Shown: in pieces, positions 24,541 through 35,211 of the stretch
How positions within the stretch are numbered: the stretch's first letter is position 1
How the letters are laid out: the number at the start of each line of letters is the position of its first letter
Assembly (NCBI GenBank): GCA_963741915.1
Contig: CAVUJW010000023.1
Coordinates: 310,968 to 374,967 of the forward strand
Source of the DNA: an uncultured Chloroflexia bacterium
Lineage (GTDB): Bacteria > Chloroflexota > Limnocylindria > Limnocylindrales > CSP1-4
Reading direction: 5' to 3'
Length of the DNA: 64,000 nucleotides
Notes under the pieces: generated by a model
What the model was told of the DNA's origin: nothing
The model's input: the letters and a program-made list of their open reading frames with translations, nothing else
Databases searched by the model: none
Translations under genes and position numbers: made by a program

Positions 24541-27297
24541 TCAGGCGCCTGGGCCGCGGCTCGGGGGCAGGAGTCCCAGCACTCGTCCCGTGGCGGCGGC
24601 CTGCGTGCGGCTGCTCACTCCGAGCTTGGCGTAGATGTTGCGGGCGTGCGACTTCACCGTATGCAGGGAGACGTACAGCCTGGCTGCGACCTGCTGATTG
24701 GTCAGCCCAGCGGCGATGAGGTCGAGAACCTCGAGCTCGCGCGAGCTGAGGGGTTCTGCCAGACCGATCGCGGCGGCAACCGCCCTCGAGGGGGCAGCCT
24801 GCTCCCGTCCAGATGCGGGGAACGCCGCCAGCAGGTGTCGAACGTAGTCTGGATGGACTCCTTGGGACAGCGCCTCGTAGAGCAGGCGAGCCATCGGCGC
24901 ACCCTCGTCGACGAAGATGCGGATGAAGCCGCCCGGCTCGGACAGCGCCAGTGCTTCGACTAGCAACTCCACGGCCCTGCCGTTGTCGCCATGGGCATTG
25001 AAGGCAACGGCCAGCAGGACGAGGGCCATCAGCTCCTGGTCCGCCCAGGCCTTCTCCGCCATCTGCCGGCGATATGGCTCCAGCACCGCCAGCGCTCGGG
25101 AGGGATCTTCCTGGGCGAGGTGCACCCTGGCCTGACTGAGGGGAAGATTGTGCGCCCCGACCACGTGCGCGGCCGCCGCCACGTCGCCCAGGCGAAGGAA
25201 CGCCAGGACTTGTGCGGCGGCGACCTCGGGGACCTGGAGCACGAAGCCATGCTGGCGCGTGGCCCGATCGGCCTCCGCCAGGATGGCGGCTGCGCCGGCG
25301 GCATCTCCCCGGGCAAGTGCCAGGCGGGCGAGCAGCACCTCGCACGCGACGGGTCGGTCGGTGTCCGCTATCTGCTGTGCCAGCTGGAAACTCTGCTCCC
25401 CGTGCTGCCGGGCAGCGTCGATGTCGTTCCACTGGTAGTGCACACGGGCCAGGCCCAGGTGGGCTTCGCAGACGAAGGGAATCGGCAGACCGGCCGCCAG
25501 CTCCACGGCGTGCCGATAGGCCACGGCCGCCAGGCCGAGCTGATTGTCTAGTTCCTCGATGTAGCCCAGCCCGATCGACCCCAGGATCTCGTAGATCGTG
25601 TTCCCCGATGCCGCGCTGATCACTGTCACTTCCGTAAGGGCTTGCCGCGCCCCGGAGCGGTCGCCCAGGAGCACATAGGCGTGGCCCAGATTGAGGGCAG
25701 CTGCGGTGCGGAACGGGAGGTTGTCCGGGTCCAGGTATTCCAGGGCAAGGCGCGACTGGGCGATGATCGTTCCGACCTGGTGCGGGCTCCACACCAGAAA
25801 GGCCCGCACGGAGGCGATCCGTCCCACCAAGTCCCGGGTCCGGTCGTCCGTCCCGGCGTCCTGCAGCGCTCGTTCGGCGGCATGGAGCTTCGGCTCGATG
25901 CCGGTGTTCTGGCCCGAGCTGAGCAACACCTGGGCATAGGTCACCCAAAGCGACGGCCTGGCATCCAACAGCGTGGTTGGGAGCGACTCCAGCCAGCGAA
26001 GGATGGGGACCAGCGCGCCACGAAAGTACAGCGGCATCCCGTTGCCCTCGATGAGGCGCTCGGCCCGCTCGACGTCATGGCCAGCCGCAGCATGCTGGAA
26101 GGCCTCGATCTCGAGGCCGTTGGCCTCATACCACTCGCTGGCGCGGAGGTGGTCCTCATCCACGGCCCGGGACGAGACCGCGCTCTGCTGGCGCCGCTGC
26201 CGCAGCAGATCGGCGAACAGATGGTGGTAGCGATACCAGCGCCGCTCGGTATCGAGGGGGACGATGAACAGGTTTGCCCGATCGAGATATTCGAGGGTCT
26301 CCTGACCGGAGGCCGAGGCGGCGAGCAGCACGGCATCGCACAGTGGGCCGCAGAGCCGATCGAGGATCGAGGTGCGCAGCAGGAAGGCCTGCACGGAGTC
26401 AGGCTGCCGTTGGAGGACTTCCTCGACCAGATAGTCGAGCACGAAGTGGTGGCTACCGGCGAACGATGCAATGAAGCCCGCGACATCGGGCCGGCCCTGC
26501 AGGGAGATCGCGGCAAGCTGCAGACCGGCGATCCAGCCTTCCGTCCTGGCGTCGAGCGCGGCGACCTCCTCCGTGGAGAGGTCGAGGTTCATGACCTCGT
26601 GGAGAAAGCCGGCCGCCTCGGACGGGGTGAAGCGCAGATCGGCGGCGCGCAGCTCGGTCAGCTGGCCTCGGGCGCGCAGTCGGGCCAGGGGCAGCGCGGG
26701 ATCCTCACGGGTGGCGATGACCAGGTGCGTCTGGGGCGGCAGGTGCTCGACCAGGAAGGCCAACGCTTCGTCGACCGGCTTGGCGTCGAGGACGTGGTAG
26801 TCGTCGAGAACGAGCACGACATCGCTCGGGATGGTGGCGATGTCGTTGAGCAGGGCCGTCAGCGTCGCTTCGGTCGGTGGCGGGGCCTGCGGCGATTGAA
26901 GCACGGTCAATACCCCTTCGCCGATCCCGGGCGCAACCGTCTGCAGAGCCGCGATCAGATAGGTCAGAAAGCGGCTGGGGTCGCTGTCGCCTTCATCGAG
27001 CGACAACCATGCTCCCGCTCGCCCGCAGCCCGCGACCCATTCGCCGATCAGGGTGGTCTTGCCAAAGCCGGCAGGAGCGGAGACCAGGGTCAGCTTGTTG
27101 CCGGCGGCGAGGCTTTCGTTCAGCCGCTCGACCAGTCGCGGACGGACGACGACTCTTCGCCGCGAAGGTGGGATGTAGAGCTTGGTGGCCAGGATCTGCG
27201 CGGGCACCGATCCACTATAGAGACGGGAGTGACCGGCTCGAGCACGGGCGAGGGAGCCAGAACCGATCTTGCGTAAGGGTGTCCGGAAACGGGACAT
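24541..27297 (-). CDS. LAL-family (MalT-like ATPase + LuxR HTH) transcriptional regulator, copy 3 (divergent)
   Basis: 918-aa ORF. ILATKLYIPPSRRRVVVRPRLVERL, Walker A LVSAPAGFGKTT, C-terminal LSSRELEVLDLIAAGLTNQQVAARLYVSLHTVKSHARNIYAKLG. Confidence 0.88.
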   Translation of the reverse strand: MSRFRTPLRKIGSGSLARARAGHSRLYSGSVPAQILATKLYIPPSRRRVVVRPRLVERLNESLAAGNKLTLVSAPAGFGKTTLIGEWVAGCGRAGAWLSLDEGDSDPSRFLTYLIAALQTVAPGIGEGVLTVLQSPQAPPPTEATLTALLNDIATIPSDVVLVLDDYHVLDAKPVDEALAFLVEHLPPQTHLVIATREDPALPLARLRARGQLTELRAADLRFTPSEAAGFLHEVMNLDLSTEEVAALDARTEGWIAGLQLAAISLQGRPDVAGFIASFAGSHHFVLDYLVEEVLQRQPDSVQAFLLRTSILDRLCGPLCDAVLLAASASGQETLEYLDRANLFIVPLDTERRWYRYHHLFADLLRQRRQQSAVSSRAVDEDHLRASEWYEANGLEIEAFQHAAAGHDVERAERLIEGNGMPLYFRGALVPILRWLESLPTTLLDARPSLWVTYAQVLLSSGQNTGIEPKLHAAERALQDAGTDDRTRDLVGRIASVRAFLVWSPHQVGTIIAQSRLALEYLDPDNLPFRTAAALNLGHAYVLLGDRSGARQALTEVTVISAASGNTIYEILGSIGLGYIEELDNQLGLAAVAYRHAVELAAGLPIPFVCEAHLGLARVHYQWNDIDAARQHGEQSFQLAQQIADTDRPVACEVLLARLALARGDAAGAAAILAEADRATRQHGFVLQVPEVAAAQVLAFLRLGDVAAAAHVVGAHNLPLSQARVHLAQEDPSRALAVLEPYRRQMAEKAWADQELMALVLLAVAFNAHGDNGRAVELLVEALALSEPGGFIRIFVDEGAPMARLLYEALSQGVHPDYVRHLLAAFPASGREQAAPSRAVAAAIGLAEPLSSRELEVLDLIAAGLTNQQVAARLYVSLHTVKSHARNIYAKLGVSSRTQAAATGRVLGLLPPSRGPGA

Positions 27298-27364
27298 TCA
27301 GGCACGAGATCGTCGAGCGACGCCGCCCGTTCTGACTCAAGCGACTGGTTGGATCAGAACCAGA

Positions 27365-29684
27365 TCACGCTCGTGTCGGTCGGCGGCGGCCTTTGGTAGC
27401 GGGCGACGCCGACGTAGCGCTCGCCGCAGCCTCAAACGCCTGTTCCTCGAAGTCGGATAGGTCGAACGTGAACGCCTTCCGATACTGAGCCCAGGCGATC
27501 TCTGGTTCTCCGGCACTCCCCAGGCGACAAGCGACGGCAAACGTCGGGTCCCCCTCCCCCGGGTCGTACAGCATCAAGGCTTCGCTGGCGTTCATCCGTC
27601 GCCGTAGGCCGAGTAAGAGAACCCGACCCGCGACCAACGACACAGGACCGGTGGTCGGCGCCTCCGATGCGAGCTCGCCCAGTTTCACGTCCACGAACGC
27701 CAGCTCAGGGATCGAGAGATCGAGGCAGACACCGGTCGCCTCCCGCCAGCCTGGCGGACGCGTGGCCGCGAGGCGGCTGACGAAGGTGCGGATGGAATCT
27801 GGAAGGAACTTCCTCGGTGGCTCTCGCTCCGGCCCGCGTCCAGCGAGGCCATCGTAGTAGGCATCGAAGTCGGTGCTCGCGTTGCCGATGATCATCCGGC
27901 CTCCTCCCTGGAGACCGGTGAACCGCTCGCCGAACAGGTACGAGCCCCACAGGTCGATCTCGTCGCTAACCGTGATGCGGTCACCCAGTGGCAGCCGGTT
28001 CCTCCACACGAGGTAGTGGAGGAACACGGCCGCGTTCTCGCAGGTCTCGGCGATGACGCGGAGGTCGTTGATGAAGACCGACCACGGGTACTCGCCGGCC
28101 GCGAAGAGTCCGAGTGCCCTGAGGCGAGGGAGCTGCTGGGCGAAGCCCGCCAGCTCGTGGAGGGTCGGGTTGACGATGATCACCTCGCGGACCCGACCCG
28201 ACGGGATCCGAAGGACCTCGGTGCCATGCTCGTCGGTGAACACCGTGTCGCCTGCGCGGAGGAGGTAGTCCCGAGCACGCGATCCTTGGCGCCACGCGTC
28301 CTCGACGGCGTTCTGAATATCCCGAAGCAGGCGCGTCGGGTCGCCGCGCTGGCCCTGGACGCTGATCTTGCTGCCCTTGCCTTCGACGACCAGGGGCGGT
28401 CCGGTCGAACAGGACCAGACCATCGAGCTCTGTGCCCTCGTAGTGGAGGTTGGCGTGAGTTTCGGCCCCGGGAAGGAGCCGGCCCAGATACCCAACGGCC
28501 AGGCGATCGAGGGTCTTTGCGCGCTGCTTCGAGAAGCCCCGACTGCTGGCGAGCAAGCGAGACTCCAGGAGGGCATCCACGTCTCGGCTCAGGGCTCCCG
28601 GGAGGGCGAGCAGGTATTGGCCCTGGTACTCCAGGAACGGCCGGTCTCGCAGGGGGTTCTCGTCAAAGAGCCCGCTGTACGACGCCGCGTCAAGCGATCC
28701 GACAGTCACCGAGAGCTCATTCAGGATCGCTTCGACGTGGCCGACATCCAAAGACTCGTCGTGCCCACAGATCAGATCCGCGGTAACCGTCACCGACTCG
28801 CGGATCCCCTTCTCGTGAGTGGCGATCACTGCCATCGTCGCCCGGCCCATCGCCTCACGACGTTCGAGTTCCGACAACGCCTCCCACCCCGCCGTCTCGG
28901 CATTTGCCGCGTCCGCACCGGCTTCCCCGAGGGCATTCCTTCGCTGCGTGTACAGCTCCGTCACCGCTTGCCCAACCCGGATGACATCGCCGATCGTGAA
29001 GCCGAGGTTCTTGGTCAGCCAGGCATCCTGGCTTCCGTACAGCTCCCGGGCGAGATCCTCTCCGTGGCCCGCGAATGAGGAGCCCCGGATCGACATCCAG
29101 CGCATCGCACTGTTGAAGCGAAGCGAGGCCAGCTCGTAGTCCCCTTGCGGCCGCATCGTGAGGTTGAACAGGGTGTTGACCAACTGGGCATGGTCGATCT
29201 CGTCGAGAATCGCTTGGACGGTTTCGGCGGTCGGACGGTTCGGTGATACGACGGGCTGCGTGGCCAATAGACCGGCCACGAGTTCAAACCTCGTCTCCAG
29301 GCCCTCGTGCGTTGGCTCGTAGTACTCGCCCCAAGGAACAAACAGGTTTAGGTCCTGGACGATGGCCAGGATGTAGAACGGGTCGCCAGCGGTCAGGAGG
29401 CCGCGCAACTTTGCGATCCGGGCAGCCAGTTCGACGCCGAATTCCTCGTGAGCGGCAGGCGTGAGGTGCGCGAGCTCCTCATGCTCGTCGTCGGTCAAGA
29501 CCGATGTCGTCCACAAGACGCTGCCCTGACGTTCGTCCCGCACCGCGCGTGAGAGGAGTTGGGAGAACCTGTCGTCGCGCTGCGCGAGTGCCTGACTCAT
29601 CCGGTCGTGGGCCGCCTCGATGCCCACGATCGGTGCTGGGCGACCGGGCTCAGCTCGGCGGCCCCTACCTTGCGATCGCTTCAT
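27365..29684 (-). CDS. large (~773 aa) hypothetical protein with a NERD/PD-(D/E)xK-like nuclease core; one frame break near 28395-28405
   Basis: ATG 29684 lies 7 nt after the abiEii stop. ORF 27981..30002 (...HANLHYEGTELDGLVLFDRT) joins ORF 27365..28576 (PLVVEGKGSKISVQGQRGD...). Span mod 3 = 1. The flanking domains are not recognisable to me. Confidence 0.6.
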
Positions 29685-29691
29685 CTGCGAC

Positions 29692-30579
29692 CTACCGCCA
29701 TTCCTGTGCCGCAGGATTCCATGTCCGGCCTGCGACGCCGAAGTAGATCGGCTCGAGGAAGGAGCGCAGGGACGACGCGGCCGCGGCTGGCGTTGGCTCA
29801 GCCAAATCGAGCTCGGCCCGCCACACCCTGTACGGCCGAGTCCACGAGTCAGGCGGCGTATCGATGACGGGTGGCCAGGAGTGAGTCGCGCGGCGCTCGA
29901 ACGTCGCGATGCACGCGATCGCGAGCGCGTCGGAACGGAACGTGAAGTGGCGGACGAACCAGACAAGATCGACGAGGTCACGAGCCCGGGTGTTCTCGAC
30001 ATCCCGCGGCAGGGTCAAGGCGTGGAGTTTCTCGGCAAAGTGTTGGTTGACGGGATAGACGGGGAACCGCGACCGTTGGAAGCCGAGCCGCTCGACGACT
30101 GGGTCGGATAGGTAGGACTCGATTTCGCCGACGACGACTTCCGCGGCACTGACATCAACCTTGAAGCGGACGATCTCTGTGCCCGCGAGGCGTGCGACGA
30201 GCACGAACCTTAGGCCGCCGCCAGGTGGACCTTCCAGCGGTGCCGCGGATGTCGCGACCTGATAGCCGAAGTCGTCGCCGAGATCAACCGCGAATCCGGA
30301 TGCGAGGAGCTCGGGCGCCGTCTCGATGGCAGCATCGATCTTGAGGTCGAGGTCTTCGGTAAACCGGGCGTCGTCAGGTCGTCGCAGCTGGTTCGCATAG
30401 CCGCCCTTTACGACCCACTGTCCGGGGGCGGCCTCGAGCAGCCGGACGAGGAGGCGGTCGATCGCGACCACGAGGTGGATGCGGCGAGGGACGACGCCCG
30501 TCTCACGGGCCGCGTTCGACATGCGGACGATGAGGCTGGCCCGACGTCCAGCCGGCGTCGCGCCCCTCGTCTTGGTCAT
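29692..30579 (-). CDS. abiEii: nucleotidyltransferase AbiEii/AbiGii toxin family protein (type IV TA), copy 2
   Basis: 295-aa ORF with VVKGGYANQLRRPDDARFTEDLDLKI (DUF1814 pattern). 4-nt overlap with abiEi. Confidence 0.82.
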   Translation of the reverse strand: MTKTRGATPAGRRASLIVRMSNAARETGVVPRRIHLVVAIDRLLVRLLEAAPGQWVVKGGYANQLRRPDDARFTEDLDLKIDAAIETAPELLASGFAVDLGDDFGYQVATSAAPLEGPPGGGLRFVLVARLAGTEIVRFKVDVSAAEVVVGEIESYLSDPVVERLGFQRSRFPVYPVNQHFAEKLHALTLPRDVENTRARDLVDLVWFVRHFTFRSDALAIACIATFERRATHSWPPVIDTPPDSWTRPYRVWRAELDLAEPTPAAAASSLRSFLEPIYFGVAGRTWNPAAQEWR

Positions 30580-31124
30580 AGGCCGGCGCCCGCGAACGGC
30601 GCCCGGCGCCGCAGCTCGGCCAAGTCGGCGGGCGTCAGCATCGCCCGCTCTCGGGCATCGCGGGCGGCCGAGACCAGCTGATCGGGATCAGCGCCTTCGC
30701 GGACGGCATCCAGCAGGGCTCGACGCGCAGTGCTGACCCATAGGCCGTCCCGGAGCGTCCGGTCGGTCATCGCACCGTGCCGTGAACGGTGGAGCGTGAC
30801 GCCTGGACGCGATCTCAGTCGCGACGTCTCCGGGATGGTGAAGTGGATCGTCGACGGGATGATGTCCGTCAGACCCAGCAGGGTCAGCGCGGTGTCGTGG
30901 CTGAACGTACCGAATGGGGCGACGGCCTGCAGTGCGTAGAGCTCGTCGGACGGGTCGGGTGGCCAATGCGGCAGGCGATACAGGCCATGACCGATCCGCT
31001 GGGCGCTGCCCTGCTGGGCGCGCCAGGTCAGCGCTCGGCGGCTGATCCCGTGCTCAGCCGCATGCTCGGTCGTGAAGTAGCCGTGTTGAGCAGCCGCCGT
31101 CGCGAGGAGATCTTCCCATGACAT
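30576..31124 (-). CDS. abiEi: AbiEi antitoxin family protein, copy 2
   Basis: 182-aa ORF MSWEDLLATAAAQHGYFTTEHAAEHGISRRALTWRAQQGSAQRIGHGLYRL (wHTH), followed by a C-terminal domain. Confidence 0.8.
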   Translation of the reverse strand: MSWEDLLATAAAQHGYFTTEHAAEHGISRRALTWRAQQGSAQRIGHGLYRLPHWPPDPSDELYALQAVAPFGTFSHDTALTLLGLTDIIPSTIHFTIPETSRLRSRPGVTLHRSRHGAMTDRTLRDGLWVSTARRALLDAVREGADPDQLVSAARDARERAMLTPADLAELRRRAPFAGAGL

Positions 31125-31132
31125 GCGCCAAT

Positions 31133-31149
31133 GTTACGTAATCCGTAAC
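31133..31149. promoter_or_regulatory. inverted repeat GTTACG-TAATC-CGTAAC between tRNA-Asn and abiEi copy 2
   Basis: Perfect 6-bp arms read directly, in the 36-nt gap between the tRNA 3' end and the abiEi start. Operator role is inferred. Confidence 0.3.
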
Positions 31150-31157
31150 AATAGGGC

Positions 31158-31172
31158 AAGTGGCTCCGGCGG
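31158..31172. repeat. 15-nt direct repeat AAGTGGCTCCGGCGG (tRNA-Asn 3' end copy)
   Basis: Exact match to 21599-21613. Confidence 0.6.
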
Positions 31173-31237
31173 TAGGATTCGAACCTACGACCAAGTGATT
31201 AACAGTCACCCGCTCTACCACTGAGCTACGCCGGAGC
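31161..31237 (-). tRNA. tRNA-Asn: tRNA-Asn (anticodon GTT), CCA encoded
   Basis: Reverse complement reads GCTCCGGCGTAGCTCAGTGGTAGAGCGGGTGACTGTTAATCACTTGGTCGTAGGTTCGAATCCTACCGCCGGAGCCA. It has a 7-bp acceptor stem GCTCCGG/CCGGAGC, anticodon loop CT-GTT-AA and T-loop GGTTCGAATCC. Confidence 0.93.
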
Positions 31238-31330
31238 GAGGGCGCCGGGGGCGACGCGGCCCGCCTGCGCCGGGCGCCATCGCGGCGCCGCGGCAGAGGA
31301 TAGCAGGCTGGCCCGCTAGACTGCCGGGCC

Positions 31331-32170
31331 ATGACCCTGATCAGTCCCGAGGCCCTGCTCGCCCGCTTGGGCGATCCGCGGCTGCGGCTCGCCGACGTGC
31401 GCTGGTGGCTGACCGACCCGGGCAGGGGCCGGCGCGACTACGAGGCGGGCCACCTGCCCGGTGCCGTGTTCGTCGACGCCGACACCGACCTCGTCGGACC
31501 GGCGGGACCTGGCCGCCACCCGCTCCCCTCCCCGATCGCGTTCGCTGCCCGGATGGCCGAGCTCGGCTTCGGCGACGACACCACGATCGTGGCGTATGAC
31601 GACGCCGGGGGAACGATCGCCGCCCGCCTGTGGTGGATGCTCGACGATCTCGGCCATCGGGATGTCCATGTCCTGGACGGCGGGATCCAGGCATGGACGG
31701 CGCTCGACGGGCCGCTCTCGCGCGACGTGCCCGCGGTAACCGCGGCGACCCTCAACCTGCGCGACGCCTGGTCGCGGACGATCGATCGCGACGAGCTCGT
31801 CGCGCGCCTGGGTCGGGTCACCCTGATCGATGCCCGGGCCGGCGAGCGATACCGCGGCGAGACCGAGCCGGTCGACCCGGTCGCGGGCCACATCCCGACC
31901 GCGATCAGCCTGCCGACGGCGGGCAACCTCGGGCCGGATGGCCGGTTCCTGCCCCCGGAGGCGCTGCGGGCGAGGTTCGGGACGCTGGACGGCGAGGTCG
32001 TGACATCCTGCGGCAGCGGGGTGAACGCGTGCCACCACGCGCTCGCGATGCGGGTGGCCGGGCTGCCCGATCCCATCCTCTACCCGGGCTCGTACAGCGA
32101 CTGGTCGCGCGCCGGGCTCCCGGTGGCCACGGGCGACACGCCCGGGTCGATGCCTTCAGGCGACCGCTAG
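31331..32170 (+). CDS. thiosulfate/3-mercaptopyruvate sulfurtransferase (two-domain rhodanese, SseA-like)
   Basis: 279-aa ORF with tandem rhodanese domains, active-site loop SCGSGVNAC, and GHLPGAV/GHIPTAI motifs. Confidence 0.85.
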   Translation: MTLISPEALLARLGDPRLRLADVRWWLTDPGRGRRDYEAGHLPGAVFVDADTDLVGPAGPGRHPLPSPIAFAARMAELGFGDDTTIVAYDDAGGTIAARLWWMLDDLGHRDVHVLDGGIQAWTALDGPLSRDVPAVTAATLNLRDAWSRTIDRDELVARLGRVTLIDARAGERYRGETEPVDPVAGHIPTAISLPTAGNLGPDGRFLPPEALRARFGTLDGEVVTSCGSGVNACHHALAMRVAGLPDPILYPGSYSDWSRAGLPVATGDTPGSMPSGDR

Positions 32171-32188
32171 ACCGGGTTTGCCGTACCG

Positions 32189-32515
32189 CTAGACCTGGTT
32201 CGCCGTCCCGCGCGAGGCGATCGATCGGAGGGCGGCCGCCTGGAGCAGCGCGACCACGATCGACGTCGCGAAGCCGATCGCGAGGTCACCGAGCAGCGCG
32301 ACCCGGAACCCGAACAGGCCGATTTCGGGACCGATCGAGATCCCCAGCCGGTGGCCGACTAGGTAGAACGCCCCGAACGCGGCCATGACCGGCAGCACGT
32401 AGGCGACCGGATGGCGTGGACCTCCGGCACGGGCCGCGACCCGGACCGTGAGAATGCCGATCACGAGCGAGCACAGGCTGAACAGGGTGACGAGCGCGTA
32501 GGCCTGCGGCGGCAT
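32189..32515 (-). CDS. small membrane protein, unknown function
   Basis: 108-aa hydrophobic ORF with 3-4 TM stretches by eye. Confidence 0.5.
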   Translation of the reverse strand: MPPQAYALVTLFSLCSLVIGILTVRVAARAGGPRHPVAYVLPVMAAFGAFYLVGHRLGISIGPEIGLFGFRVALLGDLAIGFATSIVVALLQAAALRSIASRGTANQV

Positions 32516-32527
32516 GGATCGACGGTA

Positions 32528-33403
32528 TCAGCCGCCCATCGCCTCCGCAGAGCCGGCGCCGACCACCGCGTCGTCCAGCGGATGGTACGGGCGGCCCTGG
32601 ATCGCCAGCTGATCGGCCAGCGTGCGGTAGTGCGCCTCGAAGGCAGCTCGGCGGTCCTCGGGGACGTCCGTCCGCCAGCGGCCGGCGTGGGTGCCATCCG
32701 CGGTCATCCGGCTGTCGAAGAAAGCGTGCATCACGGGATCGTCCTCGACGCCCAGGAACTCGATGATGCGCGCGTACTGCCGCTCGCGATCGCGGATGAT
32801 GAGGTCCTCCATCTGGACCACCAGCACCCGGTCGGGGGGCAGCGCGTCGCAGGCGGCGAAGCCGCGCTCCAGCTTGCGACCCCACCAGTCCAGCGCGGCG
32901 TCGAGGTCATCGGGGCCCCACGGCATCGGGACCACCGAGCACGCGGCGTCGCGGCCGTCGCGCACGCTGTGGATGAGCCGCATGTCGGGGAACATCCGGT
33001 ACAGGCCGCGCGCCGCGAGCACGTTCGCGGGGGTCATCTCGATCCAGGCGCCGGCGCCGGCCGCCTCGGCGATCGGGTCGAGCAGCCGGTGGGTGAAGGC
33101 GCGGCCGGCCGCCCACGGATCGGCGCGCAGGCCGTCACACAGCTCGGGCAGCGCCGCCTCGACCGCGGACCGGTCAAGGATCGCCTGCAGACCCTTCGAG
33201 CCCCGGTGGAACCACTCGCCCAGGACGCGCTGAGCGAACGCGTCGTAGCTGGTCCGGCCCTCGGCGAGATCGCACAGGCCGCCCTTGACCGCGACGAACT
33301 TGACCTCCGTCCGGATCCGCCGGAATGCCGGGTGACGATCGATGAGGGCGGCCGTGACCGTGGTCCCGCTGCGGCCGGTGCCGCCCATGAACACGGGCTG
33401 CAT
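32528..33403 (-). CDS. sulfotransferase family protein
   Basis: ATG 33403 lies inside track ORF 32528..35392. MQPVFMGGTGRSGTTVTAALI carries the PAPS 5'-phosphosulfate-binding loop (RSGTT). A later SVRDGRD region is also present. 291 aa. Confidence 0.75.
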   Translation of the reverse strand: MQPVFMGGTGRSGTTVTAALIDRHPAFRRIRTEVKFVAVKGGLCDLAEGRTSYDAFAQRVLGEWFHRGSKGLQAILDRSAVEAALPELCDGLRADPWAAGRAFTHRLLDPIAEAAGAGAWIEMTPANVLAARGLYRMFPDMRLIHSVRDGRDAACSVVPMPWGPDDLDAALDWWGRKLERGFAACDALPPDRVLVVQMEDLIIRDRERQYARIIEFLGVEDDPVMHAFFDSRMTADGTHAGRWRTDVPEDRRAAFEAHYRTLADQLAIQGRPYHPLDDAVVGAGSAEAMGG

Positions 33404-33408
33404 CGCCG

Positions 33409-35161
<1,753 letters not shown>

Positions 35162-35211
35162 GTCCGCGGGTCCTCCGATTCGATCGGGCTGGTTGAGGTG
35201 GCGTCGGGTGG

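Larger units (their letters stand above)
21614..31157 (-). mobile_element. putative tRNA-Asn-associated genomic island (about 9.5 kb, no integrase seen)
   Basis: Bounded by the 15-nt direct repeats. All genes inside share the tRNA orientation. Content is accessory (AbiE, nuclease-like gene, LAL cassette). Confidence 0.35.
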
